This document shows positions 13,165 to 25,985 of a stretch of 64,000 bases of DNA, in pieces (the first letter of the stretch is position 1; each line of letters opens with the position of its first letter). This stretch comes from Mobula hypostoma. Taxonomy: Eukaryota. The translations under genes were made by a program, and so were the position numbers. The stretch spans positions 243,662,001-243,726,000 of the forward strand of contig NC_086097.1 of NCBI RefSeq assembly GCF_963921235.1, given 5' to 3'. Below the pieces are notes generated by a model, which was not told the DNA's origin, made no database searches, and was given only the letters and a program-made list of their open reading frames with translations.

Positions 13165-13610
13165 TGCAGGTAAGCAGCATCCATCATTAAGGACACCCAT
13201 CATTCAGGCCGTGCTCTCTGAATGCTGCCATCAGGAAGGAGGTACAGGACCCACACCACCAGGTTCAGGAACAATTATTACCCCTCTGCCATTGGCTTTT
13301 GAACCAAAAGGAATAACTTCACTCAACTTCATTTGCCCCATGACCGAACTGTTCCCATAACCTGTGGGCTCACTTTCTAGGACTCTTCATCTCACGTTCT
13401 CAATAATTGTTGCTTTTTCATTTATTATTATTATTTTGTATTTGCACAGTTTGTTGTCTTGCACAAATTAGCTGTTTGTCCACTTTGAGTATGGTCTTTC
13501 ATTGATTCTATTGATTTTCTTTGGATTTACTGTGAATACCTGCAAGGAAACAAATCTTAGGTTGTACATTGTGACATTCATGTACTTTGATATTAATTTA
13601 GTTTGAACTT
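13165..13610 (+). mobile_element. Rex1/Babar LINE 3' end and tail
   Basis: AASIIKD...LPSGRR remnant followed by the recurrent ...gtactttgat...tttgaactt tail. Confidence 0.75.
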
Positions 13611-13789
13611 GGATGGATGAGATGAGCTTCCAGAGTATGTGGTTGAGGCAGATGAAATAAGACAAGTATAGAACATGGATAGGAAAGATTCAGAGGGCCA
13701 AATGTTAGTAAATGGGACCAGCATGAATGGGGAATCTGGGTTGGCATCAATGAATTAGATTGAAGGAACGGAATCAGTTGTAGGAATAA

Positions 13790-14165
13790 GACTTGATATT
13801 CCATCTCCAACCCAATGGCATGAACATCTTCCAGTAAATTTCCCCCTTCCTCCTCCTTTTCTTCAATTTCCCCATCCCCCCCCCCACTTACCTGTTCTCT
13901 TCTCCTCATCTGTTTATGACCTCCCCTTTCTTCCATGGTCCACTCTCCTCTCCTATTAAATTCCTTCTTTTCCAGCCCTCTACCACCTCCCAAATCTTCT
14001 CACTTCATCCTCCTCCCCCACCCAGTTGGCTTTACCTATCACCTTCTAGCTTGTACTCCTTCCCTTCCTCCCACCTTCATATTTTGGCTTCTTCCCCCTT
14101 CCTTTCCAGTCCTGATGAAAGGTCTCAGCTCAAAACGTGGACTGTTTATTCATTTCCATAGATGT
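13790..14165 (+). mobile_element. Penelope-like element 3' end and pLTR
   Basis: LIFHL/QPNGMNI C-terminal remnant, pyrimidine-rich UTR, degenerate hammerhead motif gtcctgatgaaaggtctcagctcaaaacg at ~14109. Confidence 0.7.
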
Positions 14166-14166
14166 T

Positions 14167-15600
14167 ACCATAGAACCATAGAACACTACAGCACAGAAAA
14201 AAACAGGCCATTTGGCCCTTCTGGTTTGTGCCGAAACTATATTCCACGAGTCTCATTGACCCACGCCCAGTCCATAACCCTCCAGACCTCTCCCATCCAT
14301 GTATTTATCCAATTTGTTCTTAAAACTTAAGAGTGAGCCCGCATTTACCACGTCAGATGGCAGCTCGTTTCACACTCCCACCACTCTCTGAGTGAAGAAG
14401 TTCCCCCTAATGTTCCCCTTAAATCTTTCCCCTTTCACCCTAAAGCCATGTCCTCCTGTATTTATCTCTCCTAATCTAAGTGGAAAGAGCCTATTTGCAT
14501 TTACTCTATCTATACCCCTCATTATTTTGTAAACCTCGATGAAATCTCCCCTCATTCTTCTACACTCCAAGGAATAAAGTCCTAACCTGTTCAATCTTTC
14601 CCTGTAACTCAACTCCTGAAGACCCAGCAACAACCTAGTAAATCTCTGCACACTTTCAATCTTACTGATATCCTTCCTATAGTTAGGTGATCAGAACTGC
14701 ACACAGTATTCCAAATTTGGCCTCACCTATGTCTTATACAACCTCATCATAACATCCCAACTCCTATACTCAATACTTTGATTTATGAATGTCATGATGC
14801 CAAAATCCTTCTTTACCACCCTGTCCACCTGTGATACCATTTTCAGGGAATTATGTATCTGAACTCCCAGATCCCTTTGTTCCTCCGCACTCCTCAGTGC
14901 CCTACCATTTACTGTGTATGTCCTACCTTGACTTGTCCTTCCAAAATGCAACACCTCACACTTGTCTGCATTAAACTCCATCTGCCATTTCCTAGCCCAT
15001 TTTTCCAGTTGGTCCAGATCCTTCTGCAAGCTTTGAAAGCCTTCCTCGCCATTCACAACGCCTCCAATCCTAGTGTCATCAGCAAACTGGCTGATCCAAT
15101 TTTCCACATTATCATCTAGATCATTGATATAGACAACAAACAACAATGGTCCCAGCACAGATCCCTGAGGCACACCACTAGTCACAGGCCTCCATTCTGA
15201 GAAGCAATTATCTACTACCACTCTGTCTTCTCCCACACAGCCAATTTCGAATCCAGTTTACAACCTCTCCATGGATACCTAGTGTCTGAACTAACCTCCC
15301 ATATGGGATCTTGTGAAAGGCCTTACCAAAGTCCATGTAGACAACATCCACAGCCTTTCCCTCATCAACTTTCTTTTTAACCTCCTCAAACTCCACAAGA
15401 TTCGCTAAACACGATCTACCACGCACAAAGCCATGCTGACGATCCTTAATCAGCCCTTGGCTGTCCAAATACTTGTATATCCGATCTCTCAGAACACATT
15501 CCAATAACTTACATGCTACTGATGTCAGGCTCACCAGTCTGTAATTGCCTGGTTTACTTTTAGAGCCTTTTTTAAACAACAGATCAACTTGAGCTACTAA
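14167..15600 (-). mobile_element. CR1 LINE, RT to 3' tail
   Basis: ORF pieces PGNYRLVSLTS, YMDFGKAFH, GVPQGSVLGPLLF and FADDT; frameshifted. Confidence 0.95.
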
Positions 15601-16603
15601 TCTCCTCCAGCACTTTGTGTTGTTCTAAATCTGTATTGCCTTTCTCTGCGACTCTAAGATTCTTATTCTCAGATATAATTTGGTTCCTTAAGGTTTCCAT
15701 AGCCTTAGGCAAGTGGTGGGGATGAGCTACCACTACCTATTAAGTGCTCCCAATTGCATAAGTCTCAAATACCCTCTGATAATCAAGTCCATCTCCTGAA
15801 CCTCACATGTTGCTTAGCTACTAACCTGGTGAAACCATATTTACTGACAGGATAAAGGGCAATGGCAGGATACTGGCATCTTAAAACCCTTTGCTTCTGG
15901 CAGATGGGGCTCATCAGTCGTGGCTGGCAGCTCAGCTAGGAGAAGGAATGCTCTGATTTCAAATCTCTGCTGACTTATGGCTATAACCGCTCTTGGGCAA
16001 GGTTTTGAGAGTAAACCCCCAGGGAAAAAATCCGTAGTTGGATTTTTTGGATCCTAAAGCAGTCTGATGTTGAGTTCAACACCAACTGGCAACTCCTGCA
16101 ATGCTGCTGGTGCCAAAATGTATCGGTCTCTGCCGTTCCTTTGGATTCATCAGCTGCATGGAGAGAGGGAGATGCTACATGGGCAACAGCTTGCTCTCCA
16201 TATCGTACTGCCCTGGTTTGTGTAATGGCTTGCATAGATAGCTAGGGCGCAACATCTGTGGTCGACTCCAATCAACAGAGGGCCTGCAAGATATAATGTG
16301 AAAATGCAACCAAAATTACATCAGTGGAAAGTAATAGTTCTGGATATTTCAACTTAAAATAAATAACGGAAAACGGATAACTAAGAAGACAAGAATAAAC
16401 CAATTTACCAACTTGGGTAACTGAGTTGGTAAATTGGTTCATTCTTGTCATATGTTCTGAGGTACAGTGAAAAACATGTTTTGCATACCATCTGTACAGA
16501 TCAATTCAACACATCAGTACACAGATGTAGTACAAGGGAAAACAAAAACTGCAGAATAAAGTGTTACAGTAACAGAAAGTGCAATACAGGTAAACAATAA
16601 GGT

Positions 16604-16973
16604 CATCGTCGTCATCATTATCATTACGTGCCGTGTTGAATGACGTCGGCGATCATGGTCCCATGACCATGATTGTTCTTGGCAGATTTTCCTACAGAAG
16701 TGGTTTACCATTGCCGCCTTCTGGGCAGTGTCTTTACAAGATGGGTGATCCCAGAGGTTGTCTGCCTGGTGTCAATGGTCACACAACCAGGACTTGTGAT
16801 ATGTACCAGCTGCTCCTATGACCACCTGTTTCCATGGCTTCATGTGACCCTGTTCAGAGGGGTGGGGGGCTAAGCAGGTGCTACACCTTGCCAAGGGTGA
16901 TCTGCGGGCTCGTGGAGGGAAGGAGCACCTTACACCTCCTTTGGTAGAGATGTATCTCCACTCCACCACCCAT
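16604..16973 (-). mobile_element. SINE-like retroelement with (ATG)n-like tail
   Basis: Flanked by near-TSD aaacaataaggt / agacaacaaggt; its head is repeated at ~2650-2700. Confidence 0.65.
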
Positions 16974-17499
16974 AGACAACAAGGTGCAATGCTATGAAGA
17001 GGCAGCCTGTGATGTCAAGAGTGCAGCTTTTCATACTAGGAGACCATTCAGTAGACAGAACAGTTGGATAGAAGCTGTCCTTGAGGCTAGTGGTGCGTGC
17101 TTTCTGTCTGATCCGAGAGGTGAGAAGAGAGAATGTCCGAGGTGGTGGGGACTTTGATTATGCAGTAAGATGTGTAGACAGAGTTCATGGAGGTGAGGCT
17201 TGAGCTTGGATAGGTATAGAGAATTACACGGTTGATGCTTTGGCTCAAATTGTCTGTGCCAACCAAGGTGTAAATCTAGGATAGACGTATTTGCCTGCAC
17301 TTGGTCCATATCCCTCTCAATCTGTCCCATCTATGTACCTATCCAAATGTCTTTTAAATATTATTATTCTACCTGCCTCTACCACTGCCTTTGGCAGCTC
17401 ATTCCATATGCTGCCACCTTCTGTGGAAAAAAAAAACTTGCTGCTTAGATTCAGAATGTTTCCCCTCTCGGTATAAACCTATACAATCTAGTTTTTGAC

Positions 17500-18070
17500 T
17501 GTCCTAACTTATAAGCCTACCTGGTGTGGAAACGCCATATCTCTCAAATGGAAAATCCTACAGAAGGTAATGGATATGATCCAGTCCATCACGGTTAAAG
17601 CCCTCCCACCATTCAGCACATCTAAATGGAGCATTGTCTCAAGAAAACGGCATCCGTCGTCAGGCACACCCCCACCACCCAGGGCATGCTCTCTTCTCAC
17701 TGCTGCTATCAGGAAAAAAGAACAAAAGCCTCAAGGCACCAACTGCAGGTTCAAGAATGGTTATTACTCCTCAACCATCAGGCTCTCAAACCAGAGGAAA
17801 TGACTTTTCTTCATTTGCCCCATCACTGGAAAGTTCCCACAACCTAAGGGCTCACTTTCAATGATTTTTCATCTAATTTTCTCTATTTATTGCTTATGTA
17901 TTATTATTATTATTATTATTTTTACTACTTTTTTTTCCTTTTGGTATTTGCACAGCTTGCTGTCTTTTGCACATTGATTGTCCTTCCTGTTGGAGTGGCC
18001 TTTCATTGATTCTATTATGGTTATTGGATTTATTGAGTATGTCTGCTAGAATATAGATCTTTGGATTGTA
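17500..18070 (+). mobile_element. Rex1/Babar LINE 3' portion
   Basis: WCGN...LQKVM...PHHPGHALFSLL.SG; (ATT)n and tail. The tail resumes after 20310. Confidence 0.8.
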
Positions 18071-20309
18071 CAGTACTATGCAAAAGTCTTAAGCACATAC
18101 AGTATATATAGACAATAGGTGCAGGAGCAGGCTATTCGGCCCTTCAAGCCAGCACCGCCATTCACTGTGATCATGGCTGATCATCCACAATCAGTATCCA
18201 GTTCCTGCCTTATCCCCATAACCTTTGATTTCTTGAAGTATCCAGAGACTTGGCCTCTACAGCCTTCTGGGGCAGAGCATTCCATATATCCACCACACTC
18301 TGGATGAAAAAGTTTTTCCTCAACTCCGTTCTAAATGGCCTACCCCTTATTCTTAAACTGTGGACTCTGGTTCTGGACTCACCCATCAGCAGGAACATGC
18401 TTCCTGTCTCCAGCATGTGCAATCCCTTAATAATGTTATATGTTTCAATAAGATCCCCTCTCAGCCTTCTAAATTCCAGAGTATACAAGCCCAGTCGCTC
18501 CAATCTGACAGTCCCGCCATCCTGGGAATTAACCTTCTGAACCTACGCTGCACTCCCTCAATAGCAAGAATGTCCTTCGTCAAATTTGGAGACAAAACTG
18601 CACACAGTACTCCAGGTGTGGTCTCACCAGGGCCCTGTACAGCTGCAGAAGGACCTCTTTGCTCTTATGCTCAATTCCCCTTGTTATGAAGGCCAGCATG
18701 CCATTAGCTTTCTTCACTGCCTGCTGTACTTGCATGCTTGCTTTCAGTGACTGATGTACAAGAACACCTAGATCTCGTTGTACTTCCCCTTTCCTAACTT
18801 GACTCCATTTAGATAATAATCTGCCGCCTTGTTCTTACCACCAAAGTGGATAACCTCACATTCATCCACATTAAACTGCATCTTTCCACTCACCCAGCCT
18901 GTCCAAGTCACCCTGCATTCTCATAACATCCTCCTCACATTTCACACTGCCACCCAGCTTTGTGTCATTGGCAAATTTGCTAATGTTACTTTTAATTCCC
19001 TCATCTAAATCATTAATATATATTGTAAACAGCTGCGGTCCCAGCACTGAACCCTGCGGTATCCCACTGGTCACTGCCTGCCATTCCAAAAGGGACCCAT
19101 TAATCGCTACTCTTTGTTTTCTGTCAACCAGCCAATTTTGAATCCATGTCAGTACTCTGCCTCCAATACCATGTGCCCTAATTTTGCCCACTAATCTCCT
19201 ATGTGGAACTTTATCAAAGGCTTTCTGAAAGTCCAGGTCACTACATCCACTGGCTCTCCCTTGTCCATTTTCATAGTTACATCCTCAAAAAATTCCAGAA
19301 GATTAGTCAAGCACGATTTCCCCTTCGTAAATCCATGCTGACTCGGACCGATCCTGTTACTGCTATCCAGATGTGTCGTAATTTCATCTTTTATAATTGA
19401 CTCCAGCGTCTTTCCCACCACCGACGTCAGGCTAACCGTCCATAATTCCCTGTTTTCTCTCTTCCTCCCTTCTTGAAGAGAGGGACATCATTAGCCACCC
19501 TCCAATCCACAGGAACTGATCCTGAATCTATGGAACATTGGAAAATGATTACCAATGCGTCCACGATTTCTAAAACCACCTCCTTAAGTACCCTGGGATG
19601 CAGACCATCAGGTCCCGGGGACTTATCAGCCTTCAGACCCAGCAGTCTATCCAACACCATTTCCTGCCTAATATAAATTTCCTTCAGTTCATCCATTACC
19701 CTAGGTCCTTTGGCCACTATTATATCTGGGAGATTGTGTCTTCCCTAGTGAAGACAGATCCAAAGTACCTGTTCAACTCGTCTGCCATTTCCTTGTTCCC
19801 CATAATAAATTCACCCTGGAGCACATTTTGCATGGTACTGTAGTAATTTTATATATTGCACTGTACTGCTGATGCAAAAATCAAATTTCATGACATACTG
19901 TATGTGAGTGATGATAACCCTGATTCTGATATGGGTCTCTAGTGTGGACTGAGAGTGGGAACGGGGCAGGGAGAGGGGAATCGTGGTTGGGAAAGGGGGA
20001 AGGGAGAGGGAGGAAGCAGAAAGCACCAGAGAGACATTCTATAATGGTCAATAAACCGATTGTTTGGAATCAAATGCCCTCACCTGGTGTCTCCGGGCTG
20101 GGTGTGTCTGCACCCGTACCGTCCCACTTCCCTGGCACTCCTTCTCTGCCAGCTGTTCCACATCTCTCCCATGCACTCCACCCTCACCATTCCCAACATC
20201 CTTTGCTCCTGCCAGATTTACAAACTCGCTCTCCACTCCATGTTAACAATTACAGTACTGCGCAAAGGTCTTAGCTATAAAAATGTGCCTAATACTTTTG
20301 TACAGTATT
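18071..20309. mobile_element. Composite Tc1-type MITE (two hairpin mini-elements around cargo), split by a CR1 insertion
   Basis: Begins ta|cagtactatgcaaaagtc, ends cttttgtacagtattg|ta (TA TSD); a paralogous copy lies at 42839-43345. Confidence 0.7.
18110..19812 (-). mobile_element. CR1 LINE, 5'-truncated
   Basis: KSPGPDGLHPRVLKE, QHGFTKGKSCLTNLLEFF, GIPQGSVLGP and FANDTK motifs, plus the 3' tail. Confidence 0.95.
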
Positions 20310-20552
20310 GTATATGGTGATATATGTGTACTTTGTTAATAAATTTACTTTAAATGTTGATTATCTCCCTTGTCCATGCCCCTCATGAGTTTATAAACCT
20401 CTATAATTTAAGCCCTCAGCCTCCTGTGCTCCAGTGAAAACAGTCCCAGCTTATGGTTATAACTCCAGCCGAGGTAGGTTTGTTTTCCCTGAGTGAGGGA
20501 GACTTGAAACAGGTACTTAGAAATACATCACAGTAATAGGCCCTTATGCTTG

Positions 20553-20980
20553 TTAGATGTCTGTTTAATTTCTGATCCTTAGGGTTCTTCTGAGAGTCAA
20601 AAATGATGTGCAGTCTTAATTCCAAGACTTCAGTTTATTTCAGAGTACAAACAAATGTACAATTCTAAGCAAACTAAATAAAAAGCTGAGAAATTGTGCT
20701 AAGAGGGGAATTAATGCTAAGGCTTGTAAGACAAAGGAAAAAAGATGGTGCTTCTGAAAAATCTATCACTTGTAGATACGATAAAGAAAATTCCTTCGAT
20801 ACATAATGAAAACAATTACATCACAAGGGGTATGTGCTAATACTTAGCCAAGGAAAAATGAGAACAGAGATAAACCATTAGTTTAGCTGCTATATCACTT
20901 TCTGCCAGTGAGTGTGAAAAATACATGAGTTTGTGAAAAAGTACAAACATTAAAGTATTATTTAAAAAACAGAGGTTTCC
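20553..20980. repeat. Copy B of the duplicated ~440-bp block
   Basis: Colinear with 3843-4290. Confidence 0.85.
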
Positions 20981-21141
20981 AACACGGTCCAATGAGCTCA
21001 CACTGCCCAATTACACCCATGTGACCAATTAACCTACTAACCTGTAGATCTTGGAATGTGGAAGCATCCAGAGGAAAACAACGCTGGAGAATATACAAGC
21101 TCCTTACAGACAGCGGTGGAACTTAATCGGGTTTATGATAC

Positions 21142-21390
21142 TGCAATCTTCGGTTGTCCATCGAAATTCGATGATGACGTCCATACCTTTAACGGTGAGA
21201 GCTTTGATGACTATACAGTCCTATCCTGGATCCACAAGCCCTATTGCAGGTGGGACATGTATATGTTGTGGTGGTCGTTGTGGCAACCATGGCTGTATTT
21301 CTCCTGGCTCTCTTCTGCTGTCTTCTGGTTGTTCTTTCCATCTCCAGAAAACAAACCCCATCCCTACAGAGCTGTCGCCATAGCTTTGTG
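21142..21390 (-). mobile_element. RTE LINE 3' end
   Basis: WRQLCRDG...YTCPTCNRACGSRIGLYSHQSSH, the RTE C-terminal C2H2-like motif. Confidence 0.8.
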
Positions 21391-21647
21391 CTAACCACTA
21401 CCCTATTTTGCCACCCTGTATAAAATATAAAATCTGGGGGAAAAAAGTCAATCTGGGTCTTTTATCATCTTGTACACCTCTTTCAAGTCACCTCACATCC
21501 TCCTTTGCTCCAAAAACAAAATCCCTAGCTCACTTAACATTGCTCATAAGGCTTGTTCTTTAATCCAGGCAGCATTCTGGTAAACCTCCTCTGTACCAAC
21601 TCTAAAGCTTTTTCATCCTTCCGATAATGAGGTGACCAGAGTGAACA

Positions 21648-23300
21648 GAAAGTTCAAAGTAAATTTTTCATCAAAATACATATATGTCACCAAATATCAC
21701 TGTGAGATTCATTTTCTTGTGAGCAGTCACAGTAAATACAAAGAAACATAACAGAATCAATGAAAAAACTACACATGAACAAAGATGGACAAACCACCAA
21801 TGTGCAAAAGGGAACAAATTGTGTAAATGCAGAAAAAAAGAAAATCAAAATAATAGTTGAATAATAAGTAATAAATTACACAGAGAACGTGAGTTGTAGA
21901 GTCCTTGAAAGTGAATCCATAGGTTGTGGAATCAGTTCAGTGTTGAGGTGAGTAAAGTTACCCACACTTGCTGGTTGAAGGGTAATAACTGTTCTTGAAC
22001 CTGGTGGTGTGGAACCTAAGGTTCCTGCACTACCTTCCTGATGGTATCATCAGGAAGAGAACATGGTGGGTGTCCTTGATGATGGATTCCATTTTCCTAT
22101 GACAGTGCTCCTTGTAGATGTGCTCAGAGGTGGGGATGGCTTTACCTGGGCTCTATCCACTACTTTTGTAGACTCTTATGTTCAAGGGCATTGATGTTTC
22201 CATACCAGGCCATGATGAAACCAGTCACTCTACTTGCCAACGTACATCTGAGAAGTTTATCTGAGTTATGGATGATATGCCAAATTTTCACAAACTTCTA
22301 AGGAAGTAGAGGCACTGCCGTGTTATCTTTGTAATAGCAGTTACATTCTGGACCCAGAACATAACCTTTGAAATGGTAACACTGAGGAATTTAAAGTTAC
22401 CTCTCTGCACCTCTAATCCCCTGATGAAGACTGGCTCAGGGACCTCCAGTTTCCTCATCCTACCGTCAATAATCAGATCTTTTGATTGTCATTCTCCCTC
22501 TTGTATGCTGATTCATCACTTCCTTTGTTTCAGCCAACAACAGTGGTTTAATCAGCAAACTTAAATATGGCATTGGAGGTGTGCTTAGCATAAGATTAAA
22601 GTGAGTAGAGCAGGGTGTTAAGCACACAGCTTTGTGATGCACCTATGTTGATGGAGATTGTGGCGGAAATATGGTTGCCAGTCTGAACTGACTAGGGTTT
22701 ACAAGTGAGGAAATCCAGGATCCAATTGCACAAGGAGTTATTGAGGTCTTGAGGGGATGATAGTTTTGAATGCAGAGCTGTAGTCAATGAAGAGTATCCT
22801 GATGTATTCATCTTCACTGTCCAGATGTTGCAATGCTGATTGAAGAGCCAATGAATTGGCATCTGCTGTGGACCTGTCGTTCCGGTAGGTAAGTTGGAGC
22901 AGATCCAAATTGCTCCTCAGGCAGAAGAAGATATGTTTCACCACCAACTTCTCAAAGCACTTCATTGCAGTGGATGTAACTGCTACTGGATGATAGTCAC
23001 TGAGGCAAGTTACCACGTTCTTCTTGGGTGCCGCTATAACTGAAGCCTGCTTGAAGCAGGTGGATACCCCAGGCTGCGGAAGCAGAGGCTAAAGATGTCA
23101 GTGATCACTGCAGCCAGTTGATTAGCACAAAATTTCAGCATCGGCCAGGTACACCATTGGGCCAGATGCTGTCTGTGGGTTCACCCACCTGAAGAATGCA
23201 TTCATGTCAGCCTCAAAGACTGAAATCACAGGGTCGTCAGGGGCTGTGGGAGTTTCTGAAGGTGACTCCATGTTCTGTTGGCCAAAGTGAGCACAAATGG
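21648..23300 (-). mobile_element. Rex1/Babar LINE, RT to tail, degraded
   Basis: DYHPVAVTSTAMKCFEKLV...RSTADA...[12 protein letters not shown]; tail ends in actttgaacttt on the minus strand. Confidence 0.9.
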
Positions 23301-24017
23301 TATTTAGTTCACCATGAAGTGCCCCTCAAAGTGCAATCTTACGTACCCATTGTGAAAAGTGGAAGCGAGTAAGGCCAGCCAACAGGACTCTAGTTAAGTC
23401 CTATAGACCAATCCCCTGTTCTGCGGATACAATAGATTGCAGAACGCTGATGAACTCCAACCATGTCATCAACTTTAGAAGACATTGGAGATGGGCGGTC
23501 ATTAAAGGCCGATGCTCCACTTCAGAGCTAAGGGCCCAAGTAAGTAAGTCATCATGAAGTGAAACCTTGCTGTTACATATGGTGCACGTATTCTTCGTGT
23601 GCTTTAACCAGAGTTTTATAGAGCTACAACATTATCTTGTGGCTTTTGAATTCATCCCCCAACTAATGAAGACCAATACATCATACACCTTCTTAAACAT
23701 CCTATCAGCTTGCATGGCAACTTTGAGAGAACTATCAACATATACCCCTGGATTTCTCTGTTCCTCCACACTGCTACAATATGTAGACTACATGTAAGAG
23801 ACAGTTAGACAAGCAAGGCGTGGAGCAAAACGGGCAAATGTGATTCACATAGAGACTGATGTTCACATGATGGGCTGAATCCAGGACTACTTTAGAAGAA
23901 TATTTCATGGACTGGAAGGAAACAGCAAACTTCATACAAATATAAATATATTACTGTAGCAATTGCCAGTGGATGCAGAGAATAATCAAAACTGGATGAC
24001 AAAGAAAAGAAATTATA

Positions 24018-24603
24018 TTGTGTGTGTTCCCCTGGACTTCCAGCATCCACAGAATCTCTTGTGTTACTCCAACTTGATGGTGTGAACGTTGACTTCTCGA
24101 ACTTCTAATAATTTCTCTCGCTCCCCCTTCCCTCTTTTTCAATTTCCCACTCTGGCCTCCGGCCTCTTCTCCTCACCTGCCTATCATCTACCTCTGATGC
24201 CCTCTCCTGTCCTATCAGATTACTTCTTCTCCAGCCCTTTACCTTTTCCACCAATCACCTCTCACTTTCATACTTCAGCCCCACCCCTCGCACATCTGCC
24301 TGGCTTCACCTTCCATTTTCTAGCTTGTCTTCTTTTCCCCTCCCCCCACCTTCTCATTCTGGCATCTTCCCCTCTGCTTTCCAGTCCTGATGAAGGGTCT
24401 CAGCACAAAACATCAACTGTATTCATTTCTATAGATGATGCCTGGCCTGCTGAGTTCCTCCAGTGGGGAGAAGGGAAGGACAAGGGGCACCAGGGGTAGG
24501 TGATAGGCAGGTGAGGAGAAGAGGTAGGAGGGGAATTGAAGAAGAGAGAAGAGGGAAGTATGTGTTACTCTGGATTTCCAGCATCTGCAGAATTTCTTGT
24601 GTT
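24018..24603 (+). mobile_element. Penelope-like 3' end with tandem and inverted pLTR pieces
   Basis: QLDGVNVDF remnant; pLTR end (ttccagcatc...cttgtgtt) at both ends; inverted UTR segment at 24465-24557; hammerhead-like motif at ~24384. Confidence 0.7.
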
Positions 24604-25294
24604 ATAAAAATGATATGCATATATTTCTTTATTGAAGCTTCATGCACCCTTGCAAGTGCATCATAAAATAATAAGGAAGAGTTGGTTAATTATTCAGCAC
24701 TGAAATACAATATGTCCCTCTGTATGCCAAAGATAATGAAATTATTGTATACATAATGAATCAACCTGCAAAAAGCAAGAGCAAATAAGTGGAATGGTGA
24801 GACATTGCACACAAATTATAGTTGGCTGTGACTGACACTTGATCAGAAGTCCACTGCCGATTATTATCAGCCACTGACTCACAGTGAGCAGATGTTCCCA
24901 CACTGTCCCCGTCTCTATGGTAAGCAACCCGGGGGGGGGGGGAGGGGGGGGGAAGAGATTGTGTGTCATAACAACAACGAAGAAATTGATTCATGTGAAG
25001 CCCTCCACTAAAAATAGATCTATTATCTCTGTTCCTCTGCAGGGATTTAATACAATAGCATCGCGAAAGGTCTCTTAGGAAGTGAAGAGGCATCAATAAT
25101 TGATGGGATGTTGCAAGCAGCCTTTTCAAGTGCTTAGTTTGCAGTGATTTTTTTATATGCATCTCTGCAGTTTGAAATATGGTTATATATGCATACATTA
25201 ATCAGTGAGGTAGATTTGGAGCCCAGTTTTTGGGTCAATGCCTTTTCAATGCATACAAATCTATTTTTGCTTAAAAACCGTTAATCCCACTGGT

Positions 25295-25458
25295 AAACAC
25301 AAAAAGAGATTTTGCAGATGCTGGAAATCCAGGGTAACTCACACAAAATGCCGGAGAAGATGTCCTGATGATGGATCTTGGTCTGAAACGTCAATGGTTT
25401 ATTCCTCTCTGTAGATGCTGCTTGACCTGCTGAGTTCCTCCAGCATTTTGTGTGTGTA
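25295..25458 (+). mobile_element. Short Penelope pLTR fold-back unit with hammerhead core
   Basis: CTGATGA (25365) ... GAAAC GTC (25385-25392), flanked by inverted pLTR ends. Confidence 0.65.
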
Positions 25459-25718
25459 AATCTCTCTGCACACTGAACCTACTTTTGGTGATGCATTCAT
25501 TTATCAGAAACAAAACCAATCCAAGTGGGAGCGACATGATAACTTAACTGTTAGCAAAGCACTTTCAATAGACAATAGGTGCAGGAGTAGGCCATTCAGC
25601 CCTTCGAGCCAGCATTCACTGTGATCATGGCTGATCATCCACGATCAGTACCCCGTTCCTGCCTTCTCCCCATATCCCTTGACTCTGCTATCATTAAGAG
25701 CTCTATCTAACTCTTTCA

Positions 25719-25985
25719 GGGAGTGGCATGATAGCATACTGGTCAGAACAGCTCTTTACAGTGTCAGCTATATTATCAGGGTTCAATTCCCACCACTGTT
25801 CGTAAGGAGATTGTACGTTCTCTCCGTAACTGTGTCAGTTTTCTCCAGGTGCTCTGGTTTCCTCCCACATTCCAAATACATACTGGTTAGACTTAGTGAG
25901 TTGTGGGTATGCTATGTTGGCACTGGAAGCATGGTGATACTTTCGGCCTGCCCAGCACAATCCTCTCAGAAGTGATTTGATGCAA
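25719..25985 (+). mobile_element. tRNA-derived SINE with V-SINE-like core
   Basis: B-box gggttcaattccc and core ttctccaggtgctctggtttcctcccacattccaaa; related copies on the minus strand at ~20985-21140, ~38420-38670 and ~52860-53105. Confidence 0.75.

Noticed and set aside
15895..16165. Minus-strand CTGATGA motifs as additional hammerheads
   Set aside because: There is no properly placed GAAAC box or stem III.
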